The translations under genes and the position numbers were made by a program. Positions 1-8,206 of a DNA stretch of 64,000 bases are shown here, one piece after another. Position 1 is the first letter of the stretch; each line of letters begins with the position of its first letter. This DNA is from a virus. The stretch lies in the IMG/VR virus record IMGVR_UViG_3300010352_001565, positions 51,055 through 115,054 of that record; one strand, given 5' to 3'. The notes beneath the pieces were generated by a model. It was not told where the DNA came from, ran no database searches, and was given only the letters and a program-made list of their open reading frames with translations.

Positions 1-1
1 C

Positions 2-1432
2 TCTTTCGAGAAGATCGACTATGAGCCTGGAGACGGCGTGAGAGGTTTGAGCTTCGTCCATCCTTTTGACGTCCGCCGCTACTGGCTCGAGCGCAACCGC
101 CAGTGCATTGGTTTCCGTTGGAACAACCACAATCCGCGCCATGACGACGTGTTTGTGCAGCCGGACAACAAGTCCGAGATCCAGCGCGTCCAAATGAGCA
201 CTGGCCAAAATGTCGAGCATCTTTGGTATCCGTGGGACTTCATGCACATGCGCCGCACTTTCAGGCTCCGATCCTCAGAGCACGGCGAACCCATTTTTGA
301 AGAAGCACAAGGCATCTACAAGAAGCTGCGCATGGCCGTTGACATGATGGTCGTGCACCGCGCTCAGATTCAGCCTGACAGGTACGTCGTGAACATCGAC
401 GTCAAAGACCAGGCTCCGATGGAGCAGATGAAGACAGTCGCGCGCTGGAAGCAGTCACTCCGCAGCAAGCTGGCGTTTGGGCCTGGTCAATCGGCGTCCG
501 CAATGACTGACCCATCGTCGTTCGACTCTTTCCATAACGCCATGGCCCTTGACACCATCCTCTGGATGGCCAAACCCAACGGCTTCCAGCATACCGTTGA
601 GAAGCTTCCTGGCACCGCGTCAGTCCCAGACGTGTACGACATTGAGCTCCTTACCGATCTATTCTATTCAATCATCGGCATGCCTAAGGCATGGTTCGGT
701 GTCACGAAAGATGGCCAGAATCCTCCTTCTGGCAAGTCGCTGCTGGCGCAGGACATGAGGTTCTTGCGCAAGATCAAATCGATTCGCCGCCCTGTCATCA
801 ACGAGTACACTCGCCTGGGTTACTTCCATGCCCTGCTCAAAAACAAAGACGTCAGCAAGCTTGAGATCAGAGCTAAGATGTCGCCGATTGGATCTCTTGA
901 AGATCAGATGAAGCTCGAGCTCCTCGCCGCCCAGGCAGATGTCCTTGACAAGCTTGGCGACTTGATGGAGAAGTACAGCCTCCCACGCGAAGCGTGGGTC
1001 GAAGTCATTTTCAAGCGGTACATGCACCTTCCTGATGACGTCGTGAACGTCTTTCTGACGGCGCTTCCTCCCGAAGCCGAAGCTCAAGAGGAAAGCAAGC
1101 GCAAACCAGCTCCTGCTATCGGCAAGATTCTAGCCGAATGTGCCCAGTACGCCACCGGAAATCGTGACGCTCTCATGCGGATGCGACAGCTTCAAGAGGC
1201 AGTCTACGGCGGACCAGGAAACAGCATGGCCGAGAAGCGCGAAGCTCGGCGCATGAAAGAAACCCTGACCAAAATGCCAGAGTTCAAAAAAGACGAGTTG
1301 GTAGTATCATCTTTCGGGACCAACCCGCTTACCCAGCTTGCCGGCACACCTCCAGTGGCAAAGAGCTCTCAGTCAATCAATGAGTCTGCTTCTGCCGAAC
1401 CGGCATGGAGAAAGTGGTCTCCTCTCAAATAG
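2..1432 (+). CDS. hypothetical phage structural/morphogenesis protein, 5'-truncated (reading frame is open to the window edge)
   Basis: ORF 38..1432 begins at a GTG but the same frame has no stop back to nt 2. Its position immediately upstream of baseplate genes suggests a structural role. No family motif recognised. Confidence 0.5.
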   Translation, partial: SFEKIDYEPGDGVRGLSFVHPFDVRRYWLERNRQCIGFRWNNHNPRHDDVFVQPDNKSEIQRVQMSTGQNVEHLWYPWDFMHMRRTFRLRSSEHGEPIFEEAQGIYKKLRMAVDMMVVHRAQIQPDRYVVNIDVKDQAPMEQMKTVARWKQSLRSKLAFGPGQSASAMTDPSSFDSFHNAMALDTILWMAKPNGFQHTVEKLPGTASVPDVYDIELLTDLFYSIIGMPKAWFGVTKDGQNPPSGKSLLAQDMRFLRKIKSIRRPVINEYTRLGYFHALLKNKDVSKLEIRAKMSPIGSLEDQMKLELLAAQADVLDKLGDLMEKYSLPREAWVEVIFKRYMHLPDDVVNVFLTALPPEAEAQEESKRKPAPAIGKILAECAQYATGNRDALMRMRQLQEAVYGGPGNSMAEKREARRMKETLTKMPEFKKDELVVSSFGTNPLTQLAGTPPVAKSSQSINESASAEPAWRKWSPLK

Positions 1433-1435
1433 CTT

Positions 1436-2212
1436 ATGCCTACTCTGGTCTTAAATCCAGTCGCGACTTCGCTCAAAGCAGAGCGGTCGCGGTTTGTTGA
1501 CTTCAAGCTCGGCGATGACAACCAGGCCGGAATCCTGATTACCGAGAACAACAACCAGCTGGCGCACCAGCTTGTCTCAGGGACTATTGACTGGGGTGAC
1601 GGAACTCCTCTTCTTGACGTCGCGACGCGAACGCCGGTTGAGTACACAACAGACGGTTCGGCTGACCTGGCAAAAATCAGAAAAACGCTGGCTGTCAGCA
1701 AGCTAGTTCATCCTTACGCTCCCGGGACCTACACGGTAGTTGTGACTGCCAGGAACTATAGGACGCCAACCCCCGAGATAGTGACGCAGGCCGTTACCGT
1801 TACCGTTGAGGGTGCTGTTGTCGTAGCTCCTAAGCTTGGAACGCTGTTTGGCCCTATCCTTCCGCGCGATAATGGGTTTCCAAACGCTGACCAATGGTCT
1901 CTTCACTCTGGGTCTGGAGTGGCTGTAATTGCATCATCAGTGAAGATGCTGATGGTCACTGGAAAGGGCGACAGGATTGCTGAGCCTGAATACGGCACTA
2001 ACATTGCCAAGATTCTGTTTGATCCCAATACTCCAGACGCTGAATCTCAGCTTCAAGAAGAGATCACTCAAGCTCTCAACCGTTGGGAGCCGAGAGCCTC
2101 ACTCGCGAAACTTATCATTGAGCGAAAAGGAAAAGGGGTAAAGATCGTCGCTGAGTTCAACTCTAACGCCGGCCAGACGTTTCAAGTTGACGCATCCTAC
2201 AACCGTTCTTAG
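1436..2212 (+). CDS. baseplate wedge protein, gp25/GpW-like C-terminal domain fused to an N-terminal PKD-like domain
   Basis: C-terminal ~120 aa carries the GPW/gp25 signature (GKGDRIAEPEYGTNIAKILFDP...ITQALNRWEPRASL). N-terminal half has PKD-like beta motifs (WGDGTP, TYTVVVTARN). Confidence 0.75.
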   Translation: MPTLVLNPVATSLKAERSRFVDFKLGDDNQAGILITENNNQLAHQLVSGTIDWGDGTPLLDVATRTPVEYTTDGSADLAKIRKTLAVSKLVHPYAPGTYTVVVTARNYRTPTPEIVTQAVTVTVEGAVVVAPKLGTLFGPILPRDNGFPNADQWSLHSGSGVAVIASSVKMLMVTGKGDRIAEPEYGTNIAKILFDPNTPDAESQLQEEITQALNRWEPRASLAKLIIERKGKGVKIVAEFNSNAGQTFQVDASYNRS

Positions 2213-2216
2213 TTCA

Positions 2217-2543
2217 ATGAGTAAAAAAGAGACTGTGACGCGTTCCGAGTTCATTCGGAGATACATGGCGTCGGGTTTTACGTATGAAGAAGCCGCAAAG
2301 GCTTACAAGGTAACAGTCTCAGTGATTGAAGACGCCATCATCGCAGGAAGCCGAGTGGGTTTCGGAAAGGTCGGCGCTGTCATCCCAGTCGTGACCAAAG
2401 CTCGTGTGGTTAACATGGGATTTCAGCGCGTGCGCGGAGGAATCAAGCATGTGCAAAGGGAGTACAACATAGGACAGCGGATCCGCTGGAAGTTCTCGCT
2501 GTTTCGCAAATTCGAGGAAACTCACAACTTGCGGTGGGCGTAG
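2217..2543 (+). CDS. hypothetical protein; weak HU-like GFGK motif
   Basis: ATG at 2217 inside ORF 2187..2543. Basic C-terminus. Only a VGFGK motif resembles HU/IHF. Confidence 0.45.
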   Translation: MSKKETVTRSEFIRRYMASGFTYEEAAKAYKVTVSVIEDAIIAGSRVGFGKVGAVIPVVTKARVVNMGFQRVRGGIKHVQREYNIGQRIRWKFSLFRKFEETHNLRWA

Positions 2544-2555
2544 CTATTTAGCTAT

Positions 2556-4109
2556 ATGGCACTAATTGTTAAACCGCTAAGCATTCCTGATGCAGGCGCT
2601 CAGGAGTACGCGCATGGAGATGTCGCCCACCTGACGCAGACCGACGAGCTCGCCTATCCGGCAATATCTTCCGCTACCCGGCAGCTTGCCTACCGCGACG
2701 TCCTGATTTCTGACAAGCTGAACGAAGTCATCGGCGCCATAAACAACCGCGAGCAGCTCATCACTTTGCCGACAGTTCGCACCACGCTTCCCGCTTCGTC
2801 TACCGAGACAGTTGCCAACTTTCGCATCCCAGACGGCTACGAAGCTCGCATCATCAACGCCAAGGTTTTCTCGACCAGCTCTGATGCCACGCTCAAGGTC
2901 CTGTACAACGAATCGTACGGGCAGACAACTGGTCAAGAAATCGTTTCGACCATGTCTGAGGTCAACGCGGGTACGTCCTTCTATGGCGTAGGCGAGTTCG
3001 TCGTCAACCTTACGTCCTCCACGATCGCGACTGACGTAGTTGCCAGCGTAATCATCTCTCTGCGCCCGCTCGGTGTTCAAGCAGGTGGCCTTATCAGTGC
3101 AGGAACGGTTGGACAGACGGGTCCTCGCGGATTGACCGGTGCTCGTGGCGCCACTGGCAACAACGGCACGAATGGAATCAGCTTCATTTGGCGCGGTCTT
3201 CACGACATCACCCAGGCGTATTCCGCAAACGACGTCGTGCGCAAGGCTTTCGGAGGAATCTACTCGTGCTTCATCGCCAAGGTCTCAATTGCCGCGAACT
3301 CTGGGTTTTATCCTCCTGACCCATCAGTCACCGCGTCCACGACTCAGTGGGATCTGTTTGTCGGAGCTGGCGTTACTCAGGGTCCGCAAGGAATTCCAGG
3401 AACAGCAGGAACTCCTGGAGCGAATGGAGCGAATGGAACTAGCATCAATCCGTGCGGTCGGTGGAATCCAGGCCTAACGTACTACAAGTGCGACCTTGTC
3501 ACCATACTTCAAGACGTCATAAATCGCACGTTTGTTGTCTTCTCGGCGTCAGCTCCAGCTGGGCTAAGTCCCATCGACGACGCTGGAACCACTGGCGTTG
3601 GAACATACTGGATGGAGCTTTTTGGGCCGTCTTACACTGGCGTGGCCGTGACTGGTGACACTGTATCCGCCTACTACCTGACTGCCGGATACACCACAAC
3701 AACGGCTCAGGGATCAACGTCTGGAGGCTATCTTGCGCTAACTCGCAATGCGTCCACAGAAACCACAGGATTTTGCAAGGAGTCATTAGTTTATTCGACT
3801 GACGATGCGTCTGGATTCGCAGTCCTCATCGGAGGGGCTTCGCTGCTTGGTAAGGACAACGTCAACAACACCGCATTTACTATTACTCTTTCGCTTCCTA
3901 AGCCAGGCGCAGGCTCAAAACCGAGTAAGGCTACATGGACAACGGACGACGTTAAATGCCTCGCGATTGCCGCGAATAACACGGCTGGCATCTTGAGTAT
4001 CTCAGCAGCTCCTAATGCCTCGAAGGACGCGTTTATTATCACAGTTGACACTGGAACGGCCGCTGAGCAGAAGTTCAACGTGTCTCTCTTTGGGGCGAAG
4101 CCCTTTTAG
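2556..4109 (+). CDS. collagen-like tail fiber protein
   Basis: Two Gly-X-Y runs (GQTGPRGLTGARGATGNNGTNG and GPQGIPGTAGTPGANGANG). Ser/Thr/Gly-rich beta-like remainder. Lies next to the baseplate gene. Confidence 0.75.
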   Translation: MALIVKPLSIPDAGAQEYAHGDVAHLTQTDELAYPAISSATRQLAYRDVLISDKLNEVIGAINNREQLITLPTVRTTLPASSTETVANFRIPDGYEARIINAKVFSTSSDATLKVLYNESYGQTTGQEIVSTMSEVNAGTSFYGVGEFVVNLTSSTIATDVVASVIISLRPLGVQAGGLISAGTVGQTGPRGLTGARGATGNNGTNGISFIWRGLHDITQAYSANDVVRKAFGGIYSCFIAKVSIAANSGFYPPDPSVTASTTQWDLFVGAGVTQGPQGIPGTAGTPGANGANGTSINPCGRWNPGLTYYKCDLVTILQDVINRTFVVFSASAPAGLSPIDDAGTTGVGTYWMELFGPSYTGVAVTGDTVSAYYLTAGYTTTTAQGSTSGGYLALTRNASTETTGFCKESLVYSTDDASGFAVLIGGASLLGKDNVNNTAFTITLSLPKPGAGSKPSKATWTTDDVKCLAIAANNTAGILSISAAPNASKDAFIITVDTGTAAEQKFNVSLFGAKPF

Positions 4110-4120
4110 TTCTTAGCAGC

Positions 4121-5458
4121 ATGCTGAACCCTGTAGTGCTTGCCCGGAACGACAGCGGGCTCGGGACCCTGGCTTACCTAGTAAACCAGGGTCTTCCTAT
4201 TTTCATCCCAGACCTTCGTGTTGATGACAGCCTTGTCCACGCTGAGTTCTCAGAAATCGAGGCGCTTAAACCATACGCTGGGTTGCTCAGTCTCAATCAC
4301 CGTCGCGCATGCCAAGGTCGAACAAGGCACGACGTGGTGAACAGGAATATACCTTTGACCCTCATGGTTGTTCCTACTCTGGCGTGCAACATGTCCTGCA
4401 GCTACTGCTACGCAAAGTCAAAGAAACCTCAAAAAGGAAGCCAAGCTCTTTTTTCATTCCTAGAAAAGCACGGAAAGAAGTTCAAACGCGCCACCGTGTT
4501 TGGCGGAGACTCTCTCATGATCGACGAGATGCCTGAGATCATGAGGTCGTGCACGGCAGAAGGAACTGAGTTGATTTTCATGACTGGGCTAGGGTTTGAG
4601 GAGTCTGATTTGGTCCGAAAGGTCGAGAACCTCGTTAAGCACGATTGTGTGATAGGAATGTCGATCGATCCTCCTCCGCAGCCTGGATTTTCGTACTCTA
4701 GAGTGTACTCTGGGTTTAAGGGAGATTGGTACAAAGAGACAATAAGAAGGGTTGGAGTCATTCACAAACTTGGAGCCAGGTGGAGAGCCGGCGCAACGTC
4801 ATCTGACGCCTGCTGCGATCACAGAATCCTAAGGTCTGATCTTTCTGCTGCGACTGGAGTTCCGGTGGAGAAGGTGGTCCTTAATGCCGGTCACGTTAAG
4901 CAGGACTCATTTTTGACAAATTTGAAAGTTGTTGAAAAAGCTCTTGAAAACGACGCGAACGATGCTATAAACGGGCGGCTCAACCTAAAGCTGATGGGGC
5001 ACTTTAAGCGAGTCTTTGAGCTCCTGATGCCATCCGCGTTTATGCAGCAGGGATGCGGAATGTATTCTCAGATCGCTATCGGTCCAGACGGAAATCTGAA
5101 CTACTGCCCAGAGGTACCCACTCTTCTCGCTTCAGAAAAACAAAAATTTGAGTTTGGAACTGAGGTGGATCCGTCGAAGTACGCAGTCGCCTACGAGCAG
5201 TACTTTAAAAGTTCCGAGTGCAGTCAGTGCTGCTACCGAAACGCGTGCCGGTCACGCTGCCCTCTTCTGACTGACGAGAAATGCGCCTTTTATAAAGTCG
5301 TCGCCAAGCAGGTTTTTAGGATCCTTGCTAACGTCGACGACCCGTCACTGTTTGAACACCAGCTTGCGGAGCGCGTTGAAAGCACCGCCAGATGGATGGA
5401 CGAACCGGTGCTAACGCGCGAAGAGATCGAGTCCTACGGCGCAGAGATCTTGGCGTAA
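4121..5458 (+). CDS. radical SAM enzyme with C-terminal SPASM domain (anSME/peptide-maturase-like)
   Basis: Canonical CX3CX2C (TLACNMSCSYCY) near the N-terminus. C-terminal cysteine cluster CSQCCYRNACRSRCP fits SPASM CX2CX5CX3C, and upstream there is GCGMYSQ...YCPE. Confidence 0.8.
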   Translation: MLNPVVLARNDSGLGTLAYLVNQGLPIFIPDLRVDDSLVHAEFSEIEALKPYAGLLSLNHRRACQGRTRHDVVNRNIPLTLMVVPTLACNMSCSYCYAKSKKPQKGSQALFSFLEKHGKKFKRATVFGGDSLMIDEMPEIMRSCTAEGTELIFMTGLGFEESDLVRKVENLVKHDCVIGMSIDPPPQPGFSYSRVYSGFKGDWYKETIRRVGVIHKLGARWRAGATSSDACCDHRILRSDLSAATGVPVEKVVLNAGHVKQDSFLTNLKVVEKALENDANDAINGRLNLKLMGHFKRVFELLMPSAFMQQGCGMYSQIAIGPDGNLNYCPEVPTLLASEKQKFEFGTEVDPSKYAVAYEQYFKSSECSQCCYRNACRSRCPLLTDEKCAFYKVVAKQVFRILANVDDPSLFEHQLAERVESTARWMDEPVLTREEIESYGAEILA

Positions 5459-6114
5459 GAAACAAGGTAACTGGTTTCGATTTGATTCCTGCGACAGCGC
5501 ACAGTAAGGAACGTTCTTTCTTTGAAGATTCTCTCTCCCACAATCTCAGCGACTGGAACTTCTCCAATTCCTAAGAAGGCTTTAGCGCAGTCAAACCTGT
5601 GGGCTTCGTGAACATACATCGACTTTTCATTGATATTCGTGCAGTGACCACGCATTGCAACACACACCGCAAGATTGTCAGCTGAGCACAGAAGGTGAAC
5701 CGCCGCAGCAGTTGACACCTTGCATGGAACTCGAGTTACAGCATCAACGCGCCGAACCGGCTGAGCTTGACCTTCGCTGCACACCGCGTGGAATTGAAGC
5801 TCTCCAGCGGTGGTTGAGCACGTTCCGCAGAATGAAGAGTGGGGATGCTTTCCAACAGCAATAGAGACAAGTCCGCTTGACGGGCGATTCCATCTGCACT
5901 CGATCTCTAATACTGGCCCGAATGATTTCTCTAGCTTTGCAATCGCGAAAGAGATAAGGTCTCTTCCGTGAAGACGCCCAGACCCAGTACCGGTTCTCGA
6001 GCAGTAGTCTCCGTCAAGCCAGCGCTCAAGAGAAAGTATGCTATCCAAGTCCTCCATAGCAGCAGCAGTCGTCGTCGCATGGAGGAGTGTAGCACGGACC
6101 ACCCGACTTTTCAC
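5434..6114 (-). CDS. hypothetical protein
   Basis: 226-aa ORF convergent with the rSAM gene. Overlaps the stop region of 6041..6472 by 74 nt in another frame. No clear motif. Confidence 0.4.
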   Translation of the reverse strand: MKSRVVRATLLHATTTAAAMEDLDSILSLERWLDGDYCSRTGTGSGRLHGRDLISFAIAKLEKSFGPVLEIECRWNRPSSGLVSIAVGKHPHSSFCGTCSTTAGELQFHAVCSEGQAQPVRRVDAVTRVPCKVSTAAAVHLLCSADNLAVCVAMRGHCTNINEKSMYVHEAHRFDCAKAFLGIGEVPVAEIVGERIFKERTFLTVRCRRNQIETSYLVSYAKISAP

Positions 6115-6472
6115 ACGCCGGAAGATAGTACTTCTGACCCCCTATCGAAATCATAATGACGTGATTCGCGTTGATGACCGTGTTTCCTCCGGCGCTGTAC
6201 GTCATGTTACCTCCCCTGAATCCTATCGGAAGAAGCGTGCCAGTTCCGCTTGGGGCTGCTGAGTGGGCGCTGAGGTAGCTTGCTGACGCATGAGATGAAA
6301 GGCTTCCTGAAACTGACGCATCCGCGGGTCCTCCGTTTCCAACAGCTTGAAGTATTGCAAGCTTCGCGGCATCGACAGAAGGTCCTATGACTCCTACTTT
6401 CGAATCGATGCAGTCAAGCTTAGTGAGCAATCCGCTAACCGCAGCCTGGGTAATTAAATTCGTGGTGCTCAT
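6041..6472 (-). CDS. small fiber-like protein with Cys-rich C-terminus (paralog 1 of 3)
   Basis: N-terminus (TTNLITQAAVSGLLTKL) resembles the N-termini of the two upstream genes. C-terminus is PACEKSGGPCYTPPCDDDCCCYGG. Confidence 0.5.
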   Translation of the reverse strand: MSTTNLITQAAVSGLLTKLDCIDSKVGVIGPSVDAAKLAILQAVGNGGPADASVSGSLSSHASASYLSAHSAAPSGTGTLLPIGFRGGNMTYSAGGNTVINANHVIMISIGGQKYYLPACEKSGGPCYTPPCDDDCCCYGGLG

Positions 6473-6799
6473 CTAGGTAACTCCGAGTATTGTGCTTGCT
6501 GGAATGTACATCGTCGTGCCGTTGCATTCAACCCTTAAGACTCTTTTTCCAACTAGTCCTCCTGCCGCGTATTTGTATGTCGAAGTATTGATTTGGCACG
6601 CATGGCCGTCGACTGCAGCTTTAGCTGCGTGCGCTGAGATGTCGCTTGTGGCACTCACGATCATCGCGTTTACGTCGTCTATCGCTTCTTGGCACTTTGC
6701 GATAAATGAGTCCTCTGCGTTTGAAAGGCTGTTTGACACCGTGTCAACACCCGACGTGAGACCGGCTATAATTGCTTGGGTTGTTAGCGCAGAGTCCAT
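6473..6799 (-). CDS. small fiber-like protein (paralog 2 of 3)
   Basis: N-terminus (LTTQAIIAGLTSGVDTV) is similar to the neighbouring genes. Confidence 0.5.
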   Translation of the reverse strand: MDSALTTQAIIAGLTSGVDTVSNSLSNAEDSFIAKCQEAIDDVNAMIVSATSDISAHAAKAAVDGHACQINTSTYKYAAGGLVGKRVLRVECNGTTMYIPASTILGVT

Positions 6800-6800
6800 A

Positions 6801-7418
6801 TTACAGTACTAGTATCTTTTCAGAAATCATTCTCGCCTGAGTTGGAACTTTCAGCGAGGTTCCAGCAGCAACAACAGCAGTCACGTTCGTGATGTTATTG
6901 ATCTTTGCAATAACCCACCACAGATCGGGAACAGTATAGTAAATCGTCGATATTTCCTCTAGCGTCTTTCCGCCAGCTGGCACGACATACGTGACGTCTG
7001 ACGCTTTAGAGGAAACGTTCCCGTTTGGTCCTGACGGAACGTAAGAGCAGGGAACGTACATCGTCACAGGAGCCTTGCTTGTATCGATTGAGCCGTCGTC
7101 AAGCCTGCGCGGAACGTTAAACACAAACACCCAGTATCCTACGACTGAACCGTATGAATTCCGGTACGGCGTGCTCGGAGCTTTAAGCGTTACCCCATGC
7201 GCCTCCACTAATGAAAGGCTGGCGTGCTGGTTAAGGCGTGCGTCAGCTCTAGACTTGAAATCGTTTATCGCTCCAGTGACGTCGCTGATCAAATTGCCTA
7301 TAATCGCCTGAAGCTGAGCCACTCCAGCCGAAGACGCGCTCGTTAGTGCGCTGATGTCGCTCGCTGTATTGTTCGTTATGACCCCGACCGTGTTAGGCAT
7401 AGCATACTTACAGAACAA
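6801..7418 (-). CDS. tail-associated protein with LysM-like C-terminal domain (paralog 3 of 3)
   Basis: C-terminus (YVVPAGGKTLEEISTIYYTVPDLWWVIAKINNITNVTAVVAAGTSLKVP) matches the LysM pattern. N-terminus (SDISALTSASSAGVAQLQAIIGNL) resembles the paralogs. Confidence 0.55.
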   Translation of the reverse strand: MFCKYAMPNTVGVITNNTASDISALTSASSAGVAQLQAIIGNLISDVTGAINDFKSRADARLNQHASLSLVEAHGVTLKAPSTPYRNSYGSVVGYWVFVFNVPRRLDDGSIDTSKAPVTMYVPCSYVPSGPNGNVSSKASDVTYVVPAGGKTLEEISTIYYTVPDLWWVIAKINNITNVTAVVAAGTSLKVPTQARMISEKILVL

Positions 7419-7430
7419 GTTCTAGGCTCT

Positions 7431-7754
7431 ATGCGCCTGCTACAGAAAGAAGTCATTGATAGGTTTAAGTTTGATTGCGTTGCTGGAAGCTCGTTCGTTG
7501 AGGTTGACAGGTTTCTTCATTCAGGAGGAAGCGAAATCAAATTCCTTCTAGTTCTTACACCAACGCCTACTGGCAGGTCATCGTCCATCATCGTTATTTT
7601 GTCAGTTCCCGCACCGGATGGCGACGGCGTATGGTGGCTGTTAAACCCATTCATGAGTGACGAGATCGTCACACACCTGTGCAAGCTAGCTCCTCCTTCA
7701 GTACTGCAAAGCAGAATTCCCGACGATCTGAAAGTGGAGCTCGGGATCAAGTGA
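7431..7754 (+). CDS. hypothetical protein
   Basis: ATG-initiated 107-aa ORF between two minus-strand units. It ends just before a bidirectional hairpin. Confidence 0.3.
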   Translation: MRLLQKEVIDRFKFDCVAGSSFVEVDRFLHSGGSEIKFLLVLTPTPTGRSSSIIVILSVPAPDGDGVWWLLNPFMSDEIVTHLCKLAPPSVLQSRIPDDLKVELGIK

Positions 7755-7755
7755 C

Positions 7756-7784
7756 TAAAAAGGCGTCCTCGTTTCCAAGGACGC
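7756..7784 (-). terminator. rho-independent terminator for the minus-strand helicase operon (possibly bidirectional)
   Basis: Stem GGCGTCCT/AGGACGCC with loop CGTTTCCA. On the minus strand it is followed by TTTTTAGT. It lies immediately after the stop of gene 7807..8199. Confidence 0.6.
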
Positions 7785-7806
7785 CCCAAACAAACCAACA
7801 GCCAAA

Positions 7807-8199
7807 CTATTTCTCGTCGTCTTCAGGGGGAGGCGCTTCATCGCCTTCTCCTTCATCCTCACCAGCAGCGTCTTTCGGGGCAGGAAGCTCGCGGTCCAAA
7901 TCAGCGAGAGAGTTGATCTCACCAGATGCTCCACCAGGAGATTTAGGAGCGCCAGGACCCGCGGAAATCGGTTGAGAGCCTCCAGTCTGAATGTTTTCTT
8001 CACCGTCGCCCTCTTTGCTGTCTTCATCTTCACCTGGCTTGGGAAGTCGTTCCATGCTCCAGATGATGCCGGCAAAAAGCTCGTCGGCAATCGGACCAGT
8101 GTGGTGTTGGGACAGCGCATCGCGAATGGCTTCAAGTTCGCCCCACGACATGTTCAACTCGTAGTCGTTGAATGATCCTTTTTTCTTTTTAACTTGCAT
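7807..8199 (-). CDS. small protein with strongly acidic C-terminal tail
   Basis: ATG (MQVKKKKGSF) at 8199. C-terminus is AGEDEGEGDEAPPPEDDEK. Immediately downstream of the helicase with an overlapping stop/start. Confidence 0.5.
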   Translation of the reverse strand: MQVKKKKGSFNDYELNMSWGELEAIRDALSQHHTGPIADELFAGIIWSMERLPKPGEDEDSKEGDGEENIQTGGSQPISAGPGAPKSPGGASGEINSLADLDRELPAPKDAAGEDEGEGDEAPPPEDDEK

Positions 8200-8206
8200 G
8201 CCATAA

